Assembly: GCA_030704615.1 (NCBI GenBank)
Contig: CM060732.1
Location: 8,928,001 to 8,992,000 of the forward strand
Direction: 5' to 3'
DNA from: Takakia lepidozioides
Taxonomy: Eukaryota > Plantae > Bryophyta
Length of the DNA: 64,000 nt
The number at the start of each line of letters is the position of its first letter. Within the stretch, counting starts at the first letter, position 1. A model generated the notes under the pieces. It was given only the letters and a program-made list of their open reading frames with translations, was not told the DNA's origin and did no database searches. Made by a program: the position numbers and the translations under genes. This document shows positions 35,550 to 46,497 of this stretch, piece by piece.

Positions 35550-36262
35550 AAGCCAATTATCCATGTCAAGCAATTTAAATCCGTTGCTTGACCCAACACT
35601 TGGCGGCGTGATGCCTCTGATAGAGCTGGCACATCTGTAGTGCCGGTGACAAATCCCATTGCCCACTCTCGCTCATCCGCATTGAGCTCCACCAATTGTT
35701 GTAGCACACTGTCCCAAATCAACCCAGGACCATTGTCTCGGAAAACATGAGATGAGGGAAAGCTCATGAGCGTAGGCAAGGCCGCACGTGGCTGCCCCAC
35801 TCGATTGACCACTGCTAGAGGTGGACGATCATCATGTCGCACTCTCTGTGGTTGCCTCCCTTGGTCCAAAATGCCTTCAACCATGAGATTGGGTGGCCGT
35901 TGAATGGAACCTCTCTTGAGCAGCTCTGGTGGTGCAAGATTGGTCCACCACAATCGAGGTCGATGCGCGCGTGATCCCACCACTGCTGCATCCAATAGCA
36001 CTGCCGATCCAATCCAAGACCGCACCTGATGCACACTGGCCATTATCCTGGCCCGAGAATCCCCTATAAGAGGAACATTCTCTAAGATATAGCCTAGAGG
36101 TTACACTTGCCTCTCCTGCAAGTCCCGCAACACTCGCAACATTTCCCAAAATAAATGCGATCGTGCATCATGCAAGCCATTCCCATGACTTGCGGGAAAG
36201 TGTCCTTGGCAAGGCCATCCCGCTATCACCAAGTCAATTGCACCATGCCGGCCCAAATCATC
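35550..36262 (-). pseudogene. C5 cytosine methyltransferase domain (motifs IV-X) of DNMT-Gypsy 1; motif I and protease deleted
   Basis: IDLVIAGWPCQG, YILENV, RAHRPRLWWTNL, EREWAMGF..RRQVLGQA. Compared with element 2, ~0.9 kb is missing at ~36270. Confidence 0.85.
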
Positions 36263-36269
36263 TACCCCC

Positions 36270-38483
36270 AGCAAGGTAATGTCAACAAGACCCGTAGTGG
36301 CCTATACCTCCTCCCGGCTGGGCCACCCAATTGAAACACACCATCCTGATTGTCCACCAGGACTACCCCAGGAGTCACCATACTACGCTCAATGGCTGGT
36401 CTAGCTGACAACTCCTGTAACCTTGCAGCTGTCGCTTGCCATGGTGCAGCTGTGGCTGTCTTCACCCTTGAGTCTAGGGCATCCATGCACTGCACATTAT
36501 CCGCTATCCCCGTAGATAGTGCCGATGCATCACCACTCTCACAGAGTCTAGCTGCTAGTTTGAACATAGCAGCTGGCCGAATCCCCGGCATTGCAATGGT
36601 CATTGCACAAAACAATGGAGCTTGACAAACAGCCGTAGCCGCCCCCAACAATGTACTGGCTGCACCCTGCTTTGCAGCACCACCCACTGGCATTTCCCGA
36701 GCCACACCAACTCTCCCCACTGGTACTCGTGGCTCTACCTTTGACACACTTGGGTGAGCGGGTACCATCGATGGCGTAGTTGGCACTGTCTCAGCCAATG
36801 TGAAATACTGTGGAAGCCTTGTCTGTCGACTCGATTCCCCCATTTGTGGATCAAAATCCACATCTGCTCCTCTTGGCTCAGGAGCACGCATTGCTGCTCG
36901 AGTGACAGCAGCTGCTGAGTCCACATGCAATGGTCCATCAAGTGCGGCTCCACACATGAAGCCCATACCAATCTGGTCTTCCCTAGGCATAGGAGGTTGT
37001 GCAGGTGGGGCTTGAACCTCAGGCCTTGGAGCTGACGCCACATTAGTAGTTGCCATGGCAGCAAGACGTTGCTCTAGCTGGGCAAGCCTATCCACCATGC
37101 CTTGGTCATGACCTTGACCTTGACCTTGTACTCCTTGGTTTTGGTTACGACCTCCACCACGACATATGCCTCCTCTACCTCTCTGGACTACATTGCCTCG
37201 TCCTCGGCCACCATTGTTCCCTTGGAACTGGCCTGGCCGTAGCTCAGGATGCAAGTCATAACAATGGGCCTCTTCATGCCCATACTTGCCACAATGCCCA
37301 CACTGTAGTTGTGTAGGCTGTGCCTATGCCGACCCTTACCTCTCTCCGGACAATATCTCTTAACATGGGGTCTTCCACAATCCCAACATGTCACACCCGA
37401 CTGTTGTTGGCCTGAGAATGAAGGAAGTGACATCTACAATTGAGATCCTCTCTGTCCTTCCCTGGGCTTCGCCTGAGCCCCCTTGTTGCCTTGAGCACGT
37501 TGGGGTAGTGGTTGTTGTTGGCTAGAAGCCCCACTTCGTTGTGTCTCCTTACCAAACCCCACCATGACTACTCGCTCCTCCACCATATTAAGCTCTATCC
37601 GCTCTGCTAGCAAAAACACGTTTGCTAGGGTGGGTTGGTCCACTTGTAGGAGAGTTGCATCCCGCACCCTTCTCCTCAGCTCCTTGTCCAATATCCCATA
37701 CCAGAATTGGACTGCTTGAGCTTCCGTAACCCCTTGGGTCACATTTATCAATCGCCTCATGCGCATGTAAGCCTCCCTCAAACTCTCAGTAGGCCTCCAC
37801 TGTAACTCTTGCAAGCTCCGCAACTTCTCTGTCCTTATTCCCTGGTAGTTTCTCATTAACTCCTCGAAGAACTCCACAACTGGGTTAAAGGCAGGCACGG
37901 GTGCTGGTGCTGCAACAGGAGCTTGAGTGGATTTCCCAGCTCCATCTTTACTTGTCCCACTATTAGTGCTTGCAGTTGGGGATGTTGGTGTAACTGCTGG
38001 TGTCGCCGCTGCCCTTGTGCCTCTAGTGATGGAGATATAGTCAGGTGACCAATATTGTCGTCACTCCTCAATCTCCACCTCATTTCCCCGCCTAAACTCA
38101 TGGTAGTCATCCATAGGCGGCCCCTCAAGGTGTTGAAACAGCCCCTTCCACGCCATAAAAGGCGTAAACAGTTGTGGATTGCGCATCTGCTGCAAATCAC
38201 ACCAACTATCAAACTCCTGTATGAACTCATCAAGCTCGATGGTGCCCACAACTCTCGAGTACCGACGTGGCCCCTTGGTAACTCCATACATTTCCTCCAT
38301 CGTATCCCACAACAATGGCACGGAAATGGCTTGCACCCTCGGCGAGAATCCTCCTAACTCTGAGTCTGAACCTTCCTCAGAAGACACTGAAGGTGAAGGT
38401 AACCTAAACCGCACACCTCGTCTTGTATACCCACTAGTATCGCTGGTGCTCGTACCGGCACTCTCCTCAGCAACTGGTGGCAC
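36270..38483 (-). pseudogene. gag: DNMT-Gypsy 1 gag
   Basis: ESLREAYMRMRRLI gag motif, CWDCGRPH..C and C..CGKYGH knuckles. Co-linear with 59000-61197. Confidence 0.85.
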
Positions 38484-39254
38484 CTCCGTGATGAAAACTC
38501 ACACTCAAACCAGCTATCAACTCGTCTCTAATCCTCTTTTCCACAAGGTAACCGGGTAGAGAACCTGTTGCGGCTTATGGTTTGGAATACTAGGTTCCTA
38601 TTCTGAACCTGCACCTGCACCTGCATCCACCGCGGGCACTCCTTTGGTCTGCTGGTCATCAACCCAGCCTCACCATAAGAAAAACAATGATGGTCTGCTG
38701 GTCATTACCCCAGCCTCACCACCAATAACACGCTCTAGGATTGGCCGGCCACAATATTTCCGGCACAACCACCTATAAAAGCAAGCGCCCAAACCAAACT
38801 AGCATGGCGCACAGTCAAGCATGCATGTGTGGGAGGAGGATCCAAACACATGAAACTCAAACAACAACACCTCCCACAACTTAAATCCATCGATCTCCTT
38901 GCGGCTTCAATAAACCTGCAAGATGGCCAAGTCTCTATCCAAACTAGCTCTGCCTCCGCTTATGGAAAAGCTTTGGCCTACAAGAATGATGGAAGACTAT
39001 AGAGAAGGGAAGCTAAAACAATCTCTAAGCCCAGAATGCTCTCATCCCATTACTCCCCTTATCTTCATACTCACTCTTGCTCAAGCAATAGATAAGACTA
39101 TCCTTAAATGACCTCTCAAATAACTCTCAAGAGCCCTCAAATTATTGCCATGAACTTCTGAAATCTGCCCCTCACATAGACCCACCGAGGTTCAAGAAGT
39201 TCGCAAACTTGGACTCCCAAACAATCCACCAAAAGGCCCTAGGCGCCCGCCAAT

Positions 39255-39630
39255 TAGTGGCCTCCAAGGTCTCCAACCAGCCCTCACAATGGCTCTACAA
39301 GCCTGCCCCATATGGCCTCCAAGGATCTCCAACAGTCCTCCAACAGCCCTTAAGAAGCTCCTCAAATCTGCCAAGTATTGGCCTCCAAGGACCTCCAACA
39401 GTCCTCCAACAGTCCTTAAGAAGCTCCTCAAATCTGCAAAGTATTGGCCTCCAAGGACCTCCAATCGTCCTCCAACCAGCCCTCACAAGGCTCCACATGC
39501 CTGCAAAACATTGGCCTCAAAGGACCCCAAATAGTCTTTCAAACAGCCCCAAGCAGGCTCCACAAGCCTGCAAGATATTGGCTTCAATAGACCCCAAATA
39601 GTCCTCAAACAAGCCCCCATAAGGCTCCAA
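39255..39630. repeat. ~66-bp tandem repeat (GGCCTCCAAGGACCTCCAACAG...)
   Basis: Copies at ~39259,39314,39380,39446,39513,39579. Confidence 0.85.
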
Positions 39631-39689
39631 AAGTATCCACAGTCAGTCGATTTTTTATCCGTCACTGACCAAATCTCATCCAAAACCAT

Positions 39690-40225
39690 GATTTCTCATC
39701 CGCAGGTCCGATATTTCATCTGCCACGATAGTTCATCCGTCGGTGCGATATTTCATCCGCTGGCGCAGTGCCATCCGTCGCCGCGATTTTTCATCCGATG
39801 GCACGATAGTTCATCCGCTGCCACGATTTCATCCGTTGACGAAGTTTCATCCGTCGCCGCGATGTTTCATCCGATAGCGCGATAATTCATCCGCTGGCGC
39901 AGTTTCATCCATCGCCGCAATTTTTCATCCGATAGCGCGATAGTTCATCCGTTGATGCAGTTTCATCCGTTGCCGCAATTTGTCATCCGATAGCGCGATA
40001 GTTCATCCGCTGGCGCAGTTTCATTCACTGCAACCGATTCTCATCCAGGAGCGCCAATTGTCATCCACTGGCTCAATAGTTCATCCGATTGGACAATGGT
40101 GGTGCTCCCAACTCTGGTGCAATGTTCCCACGCGTTCCCATGCGTTCCCAAGCGTTCTCACGCGTTCCCTCGAGTTCCCAAGGAGTTCACACGCGTTCTC
40201 AAGCGTTCCCACGTGTTCCCAAGCT
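39690..40225. repeat. TTCATCC-cored ~20-bp tandem array followed by a ~10-bp GCGTTCCCA array
   Basis: About 20 TTCATCC motifs at 39695-40090; GCGTTC(C/T)CA repeats at 40123-40222. Confidence 0.85.
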
Positions 40226-40425
40226 AGGGTTTGCGCCGCTTTGCCTCTACGATTGCTACAACGAGCTATGGCTTCTATGGAGCAACCAGAGGTGCTGTTC
40301 TTGGTTTTTTGAGCATCAATAGACCACCAAGAGTGCCTCTAGCTCCCTGAGCAAGCTATTTGCCACATAACAAGCTCTCTTTCTTATTGAAACACGCATA
40401 GAACAAGCTATTGAGCTGTCTATGA

Positions 40426-40510
40426 TGTCGTGCGCATACATATCGCTACACAACTACATCGCTGTCCAAACCACACCACACATATATGCACAATAAAGTA
40501 GTCTACCACA
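40426..40510 (-). repeat. Putative 85-bp 3' LTR of DNMT-Gypsy 2
   Basis: TGTCGTG...CCACA, similar to 31699-31783, followed by ATCGCACCCCTAG (rc PPT-like). Confidence 0.6.
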
Positions 40511-40770
40511 ATCGCACCCCTAGCTGGTGGATAGGTCCCTCTACCTCCAGATAGCTACAAGATGTAATAGCCACAGCCGTACTAAGTCCTCTATCACTGT
40601 TCCTATTGTACTCAAACTCTATAGACCAAGGGGCCGGGTACAAGAGTAGCCCCATCGTTAGTCGTCGTCTTGCAATCTGTGAACTTGAGCCAGGATCTCG
40701 TGTGTTCAAGGTCTCCTAGTAGCTGGGCCTTGCGTTGCTTGTTAGCCTTCCATAGTTGTATCCACTTCCA

Positions 40771-41642
40771 CTATCCAATGCAATGTGGACATAACCAATC
40801 CCCATCTGGAACCATCTCAAGAGGTGGAGTCAAGCATCCCATATGCCAACCTCTAGAGCATCGATCGCATACCAGCATGGTGGCTGCCCCTTTAGCAGAC
40901 CCACACAACATACACCTCAAACCTGCAGATACCACTGCCAGGTTTGGGTCAATCCTGCCATCAACATTCGGAAGGTGACATGGCGCACAATTACGCACAT
41001 GGTCCTTCCAAGTTATGCCATCCCGACCCTCCAAGACCAAGACGCCTGAGGGCAAGACCTCTCGAACCCTTAAAATAACACGTCCTGCAGTCACATCCAA
41101 GGTTGTAGGAGCAGTCTGCTGCAGATAGACATAGTCACCAGGGTTGAATCTCCGAACCCCAGGACGATAGCCCCCACCACGTATGGTAGCATACCTCAAC
41201 GTATCACGGTGTTGTGCAATGGCAAGGTTCTCGAAAGCCATGGGCATGACTCTCTTGAACAACTCTGCACGCTGCTCACATGCACGTGCCCACACGTCCG
41301 GATCGTCAAGGTTAAGAACTGTAGCAGCTTCTCTGCGAATGGATGTAGGCAAATCCGGCTCTCGGCCAAAGAGAAGAAAGTATGGTGAGAAGGAGGCAAG
41401 TGATGCTTGCTTGCTGAACCTATAGCCCATGGCTAACCAGGGTAACTGAAGGTCCCAATCTCCTAGGTGTCCCTTCTGCAAGCCATACTTGCGCAAACCC
41501 CTCTTCACTGTCTGAACAACTCTCTCTGCCAAGCCATCGGCCTCAGGATGATCCCGAGAAGTGGTGCGGTGGTCTATCAAGGCCTTGTCACACAAAGCCT
41601 GAAACTCCCCCAAGAACTCTCTCCCTTGGTCCGTGAGTACCT
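40771..41642 (-). CDS. DNMT-Gypsy 2 integrase C-terminal half and PHD finger
   Basis: DGLAERVVQTVKR; CMLC..VCDRC..WHMGC..WLCPHC. Confidence 0.9.
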
Positions 41643-42679
41643 TGTCGCGCGGCTTTTACTCACCCATCCCTTCGCTATCCGAGGCGGAAACTCCAAGATA
41701 GAAGAGTTGGAAATCTCTAAGTACTCAGCCCGCGCAGAACAATCAGTCATGACCTACAGCTAGTGTATCATGGGGGTGTTTCCTATTTGTTTCCTTTTCC
41801 GCATTCATCTTAGCTACCTTACCATTGATAATTAAGTATCAGTTTGCTTCATCAATTTATCGGTTTCCTTCACTCCTCCATTCAATCCACAGCTTCACTC
41901 AGATCTCTCTACACAGTGTGATTGTATCGTATAAGTATCAGATTATGATTTATCAGGTATCAGGCCGAAGCCATTGTGTCTCTATTCTCCTCTACAATAT
42001 CCCTACAGCTTTGCATATAACAAGCATCTACTAATCCTCTTTCCTCCTTCATCGTGCTCACCGACTTCCGCTCCCGCCTGACTCCGAAGTCCTCCCCGAA
42101 TAATGATAATAATGATCCCCTCATCATTCCCCGTTTTTCCCTTTATCCTCCTATCCGCGGTTCTAACCGTTTCCTTCTCTAACCGTCGTATGTGAACTAA
42201 CATGTTCCCTTCACTGGTGTTGTTCCCCACAGTCGTTCCCTGTCCTACTCTTCGTTCCCTATTATCGTGACAGCTGTGTCAAGCGGTGACTGGCTGTGTT
42301 TGGCTGTGTCGGGCTGTGACTGGCTGTGTGGCTGTGCCGGGCTGTGACTGGCTGTGTGGGCTGTGTGGGCTGTGACGACTGTGACGGCTGTGTGGGCTGT
42401 GACGACTGTGACGGGATGTGTTGGCTGTGTGGGCTGTGACGGCTGTGTGGGCTGTGACGACTGTGACGGGCTGTGTTGGCTGTGTGGGCTGTGTGGGCTG
42501 TGTCGGCTGTGTGGGCTGTGACGACTGTGACGGGCTGTGTTGGCTGTGTGGGCTGTGACGGCTGTGTGGGCTGTGACTGCTGTCACCCCTAAGGTTCCTG
42601 TTTGTCTCAGTCTGTGCAAAAATTAAGGGTACCCTACAGATCCCGTATAAGTGTCTAAGTCCCCTACAGTCCTCTAACA
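41643..42679 (-). repeat. 3' LTR (1037 bp) with internal GGCTGTGTG/GACTGT tandem tract
   Basis: Direct repeat of 53727-54759. PPT GAGGGGGGAAGGGGTAA adjacent (42680-42696). Confidence 0.95.
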
Positions 42680-42717
42680 TTACCCCTTCCCCCCTCAAAA
42701 AGCCGTGTCCTCACGGT

Positions 42718-44567
42718 TTACTGTTTCCAAGTAGCAAACCTTTGTGAGTGAGCACCTTGTTGACGTTGAGAGTTTCGTGGTGGGCTGTGTGTACGAGCCC
42801 GAGGTCTGTCTCTGGTTGATGGAGATGGTTGATCACTACCTGGATAAGTGAGGCCTTCTGGAGGCTGATATCGAGGTAATCTTTCCGGCATAGGAGATCC
42901 CCTTTGTTTCTTCTCTTCCATCTGAATTGCATAGTCTTCTCCCATGTCAAAAGAATTCTGTGAAGAAACAGTTGTATCAGAATCCTCATCGCCTCTCAGG
43001 TGTTTTAATTTTCGAACTTTTTGTGGAATCATCTTGGGCATACAATGCTGTCCTACCATGTCTGGAAGTTTGCATTTTACGACCTGGTGTAACCGTTGAA
43101 CAGCAAAATTGGTGTAGACACTGAGCTCCTTGTCTGTCCAAATGAGTGGGGTACCAATTACTGGTGCAGCGTGCAAGTATTTCCATGCGATATGTCCCTT
43201 ATAGAAAATGTCATCAAGTCCGAATTTCTGTGTTGACAAATTGTTGCAGGCTGCTTGAAACCATGAACGAATTTGAGAATCCTTCTGTATCATAACTTTT
43301 GGGTCATATAGGTACATATGAGGTGGCACCGAAGGTAATACCCAATGATCTCCACTGGAGTAACTTTGAAAGCGTGCTTGCATCTTTTGTTGCTCTATGT
43401 GGTAACGTATCAGAAAACAAGCAGCGTAGTATAGCCCGCACCCCATGACAATACTTGCTATCTCCTTGGTCTTGGTATAAATGAGTCCATGTACAACCTG
43501 GAAAGCAACCAATTCCCTCAACATGGTACCTGCCTCGTGCCAGTATTGTGCAAAGTGATGATCTTCAATATGTCGATTGTTTGGAAGAACTTTAGTCCTG
43601 GTTGCCACTGGCAGCCAAATACGCATGATTTGGTAGTAATGTGCGAATGACTGCGGAGGACTAAATTCTTTCCAAGCCAAATCCAACATGATGGGAATTT
43701 GGTTGAAGGGCATAATCATAGCCCTACTGTACTCCCTGGCAGCTGGAGTTTTAGGTGGGTTAAAAGCTGCATTGCCCCATACCTCCGGCTGTGGTGGCTG
43801 TGGTGTGGTTGTAGTAACCACAGGTTCAGCTACTGGTACACTGACCTGTTGTGGTGGTGGTGGTACTGGTTCCTGTACCATTGGCATCTCCTGCACCTCC
43901 TGTGAAGACTGAAAAGCCAGAGTTCTGGCTTGCAAATAAGAAGCCATTAGCTGTTCCTGAGGGATATAGACTCTTTGGTCGATGTTTGAAGTGAGGTCTT
44001 CCACTTGAGTCTGGAGTCCGTCTACATCCTCTTGTAACTCTGCTATCCTACTATAGACATTGTCTATAGTAGTTGTGGCAATGTTCTGCACCTGCAGTCT
44101 AAGCTCATTCATCTCGCTTTGGGTGAGCTTCCGTGGGCTTTGCCTTCTACTGGCCCTTGTGCTAACCAGACCTGCATAAGGCTGTTATCCACCAAGCTGC
44201 TTGTGGTTCCCCTGAGAGTTTGCTCCTCTCTTAGCTTATACAATTCCAACTGCTGTTGTAAAGCCTTCATGCGCTTCGCCTGTGGCTCAACCAATTGCGC
44301 ATAGGCAGCAAGTAGATTATTGGCTTCTTTCGAAGCCTTGTTACTGACCGCGATTTCATTTCTATTGGCCACGATGGTTTGTTGCAACTCCACGATGTAT
44401 TTCTCTTGCTCAGCTTCCATCTGCCTGTATTGCTTGAAAGTATCTTCATTGCGACAGATTGTATTCTTCATATCGACAATGAGCTTCATGTGCTCCACAT
44501 TCTCTTCTTCTGCCTTCGTACATTTTTCCGCTTGACTGTTTATTTCTTTTGTTGATTGGTCAAGCAT
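42718..44567 (-). CDS. Extra 3' ORF(s) of Athila/Phygy-like element (coiled-coil N-terminus, unknown C-terminal domain)
   Basis: ORFs 44109-44567 (152 aa) and 42718-44112 (464 aa), between integrase and the PPT. Confidence 0.7.
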
Positions 44568-44584
44568 AGTTGTAAATGTAGCGC

Positions 44585-46462
44585 TTACTTATGTGCTTCG
44601 TGCAACTGGTCTTGCGCGAGGCCTGCCTCAATCAATTGTTGCTTGGCCAATTGCAAAGCCATTTCTGTATTGGCCAAGTCCTGCTTCATCTTGAGAGTGA
44701 CCTCTTCATCGACCTTGTTTGCACACTCAGTGGCAAGTCGAGCCTCAAACTCCTTCCTGAGTTCTTCTTTCAAGGCTGTCAATTGGGTAATTGGAACATG
44801 GGTTTTGACATAAGTCCCCAACAAATTAAGTGTCCTGCCTATGGAACTCATCAGCATTGCCTGTTGAGGGTCATCATGGTGAGGTTGCTGCTGTTCCTCC
44901 TGATCTTCAACAGTATGATGTCTCACTAACCATTCAGACCATTGTCCCACCGGATTTTCTTCCTGAACTACTTCATTTATGACCGGTGCTACAGTGTCAT
45001 GGCCTTCCGCCTGTGGTACCTCCGACACAGGTGTGTGCATTATATGTACCTCAGGATTTCGCTTGGGCAACTGTTGCACCTCTGGGATTTCTGTCTGCTT
45101 GACCAGACCAGAATATTCATAGAGAAGGTCCCCTTTCTCTATTTCTGCCACTATCTGTTCTGTAGTTGGAATATCTATCCCTTCACTTTCCAAATCAATT
45201 ATTTCGGGTTGAGCTGCATGGATAACTTGTGACCTTGTGACAAGTCGTTCAAGTGGCTGTGTTGGTTGTGATGCAGAAGTAACTTCTTCCTCCCTCTCTG
45301 AAGGTCCTGCTTCCAGTAATAACATTCTTTTGTGCTGCTGTGCCCCTTCCTGGTCATGAGCTTGGGAAACATTATCATGCGGAATCCGTGAAGCCAGTGG
45401 ATCTGCCACTACAGTCTTTCCCCTTCTCTGCCTCTTAGTCTCGGGTTGTGCTGCTAGTCCACCCTCACTGTGTGAAGAGCCTTGCTCTTCCATTGCAGTT
45501 GTTTCTGGCTCAAACACTCCCATTTCCTTCCTTTCTTGTGCATTAAGTATGCGAGAATCAAGGATTATTTGAGCAATGATTGGGCCAGACACTATGATAG
45601 GAGATTTTGCGGTAGTACCTTGTAATCTTTTCATCTCCTCTACCAGTGCGTTGTACATTATGTCCGCCCATGGTACCTCTTGTCCCTTCAAGCCTTTGAG
45701 GATTTCCTCTGTGAAGGATCTGCTCAAATATTGTTGGTTCTGTTTCAGGGCAATCAGAACGTTCAATACTTGGCCTATGTCTTTTAACCCTGGGTACACA
45801 GCTTTGGTACAAGCATAACCCTGAGTTTTAAAGAAACTCCCTTCTTGGAATAAATCCCCTATTTGCAGTCTTTCCCTGTGTTCCTCCACATACACATGAC
45901 CTGCTGGCAATCGAAACAATTGCTGGAGATATAGGGGAGTAATCATTAATTCAACTCCCTTCACCGTTGTTGTTCCTGTCTTTGGCTCAAAGTTCTGCAA
46001 AAATTGTAACATGTACTGTCTATGGTGTAGTGTCCAATCCATGCTTTGCAATCCTTCCAATCTCAGCTCCTTCAGTATCTTTATCGCCTGTGGGGTAGCC
46101 ATCGTTTGTTTCTGCAGAATTGTGGTGCTCTTCACCCTGATTTCCTCCATTCCTCTCACTCTCTTCATCTTAGACTCACAGAACTGCTTTGGCTGTAACA
46201 ACTGCAGGAATGCCTGTAGTGCACAAAGCAGAAACGTATGGTTGCCGCAGAAAGCTATGGGTAATCTCTTGTAAGCCTGCGGGGCTTGCAAGCATTGTTC
46301 AAGAGAAAAGCTCTGCTCTTTCGTTTCGTGTCTCTGCCATTGCGTAAGTAATATTGCGAGCGTATAGTCTGTTAGTTCCTCCATAGTTTCCAAGTTATAG
46401 CATTTATGGCCTGTCCTGTCGAGACGCCCGTTACTCAGAACGACGCCGCCTCTTGCGCTCAA
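44585..46462 (-). CDS. Extra 3' ORF (625 aa), resembling the 'putative plant transposon protein' domain
   Basis: QFLQNF..TTVKGVELMITPLYLQQLFRLP..KGQEVPWADIMY pattern, then acidic linker and coiled coil. Confidence 0.65.
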   Translation of the reverse strand: MSARGGVVLSNGRLDRTGHKCYNLETMEELTDYTLAILLTQWQRHETKEQSFSLEQCLQAPQAYKRLPIAFCGNHTFLLCALQAFLQLLQPKQFCESKMKRVRGMEEIRVKSTTILQKQTMATPQAIKILKELRLEGLQSMDWTLHHRQYMLQFLQNFEPKTGTTTVKGVELMITPLYLQQLFRLPAGHVYVEEHRERLQIGDLFQEGSFFKTQGYACTKAVYPGLKDIGQVLNVLIALKQNQQYLSRSFTEEILKGLKGQEVPWADIMYNALVEEMKRLQGTTAKSPIIVSGPIIAQIILDSRILNAQERKEMGVFEPETTAMEEQGSSHSEGGLAAQPETKRQRRGKTVVADPLASRIPHDNVSQAHDQEGAQQHKRMLLLEAGPSEREEEVTSASQPTQPLERLVTRSQVIHAAQPEIIDLESEGIDIPTTEQIVAEIEKGDLLYEYSGLVKQTEIPEVQQLPKRNPEVHIMHTPVSEVPQAEGHDTVAPVINEVVQEENPVGQWSEWLVRHHTVEDQEEQQQPHHDDPQQAMLMSSIGRTLNLLGTYVKTHVPITQLTALKEELRKEFEARLATECANKVDEEVTLKMKQDLANTEMALQLAKQQLIEAGLAQDQLHEAHK

Positions 46463-46497
46463 TTTCCCTCCATTTTCTTGATCATTTCTCTGGTTTT

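Larger units (their letters stand above)
31699..40425 (-). mobile_element. DNMT-carrying Ty3/Gypsy element 1 (5' end not seen)
   Basis: gag-(PR deleted)-DNMT-RT-RH-INT-PHD on the minus strand. PPT-like CTAGGGGGCGAT abuts an 85-bp TG..CA repeat. The upper boundary is set by element 2 and is uncertain. Confidence 0.85.

Noticed and set aside
42718-46462. env gene
   Set aside because: No clear signal peptide or transmembrane anchor is visible, so these are kept as unknown extra ORFs.
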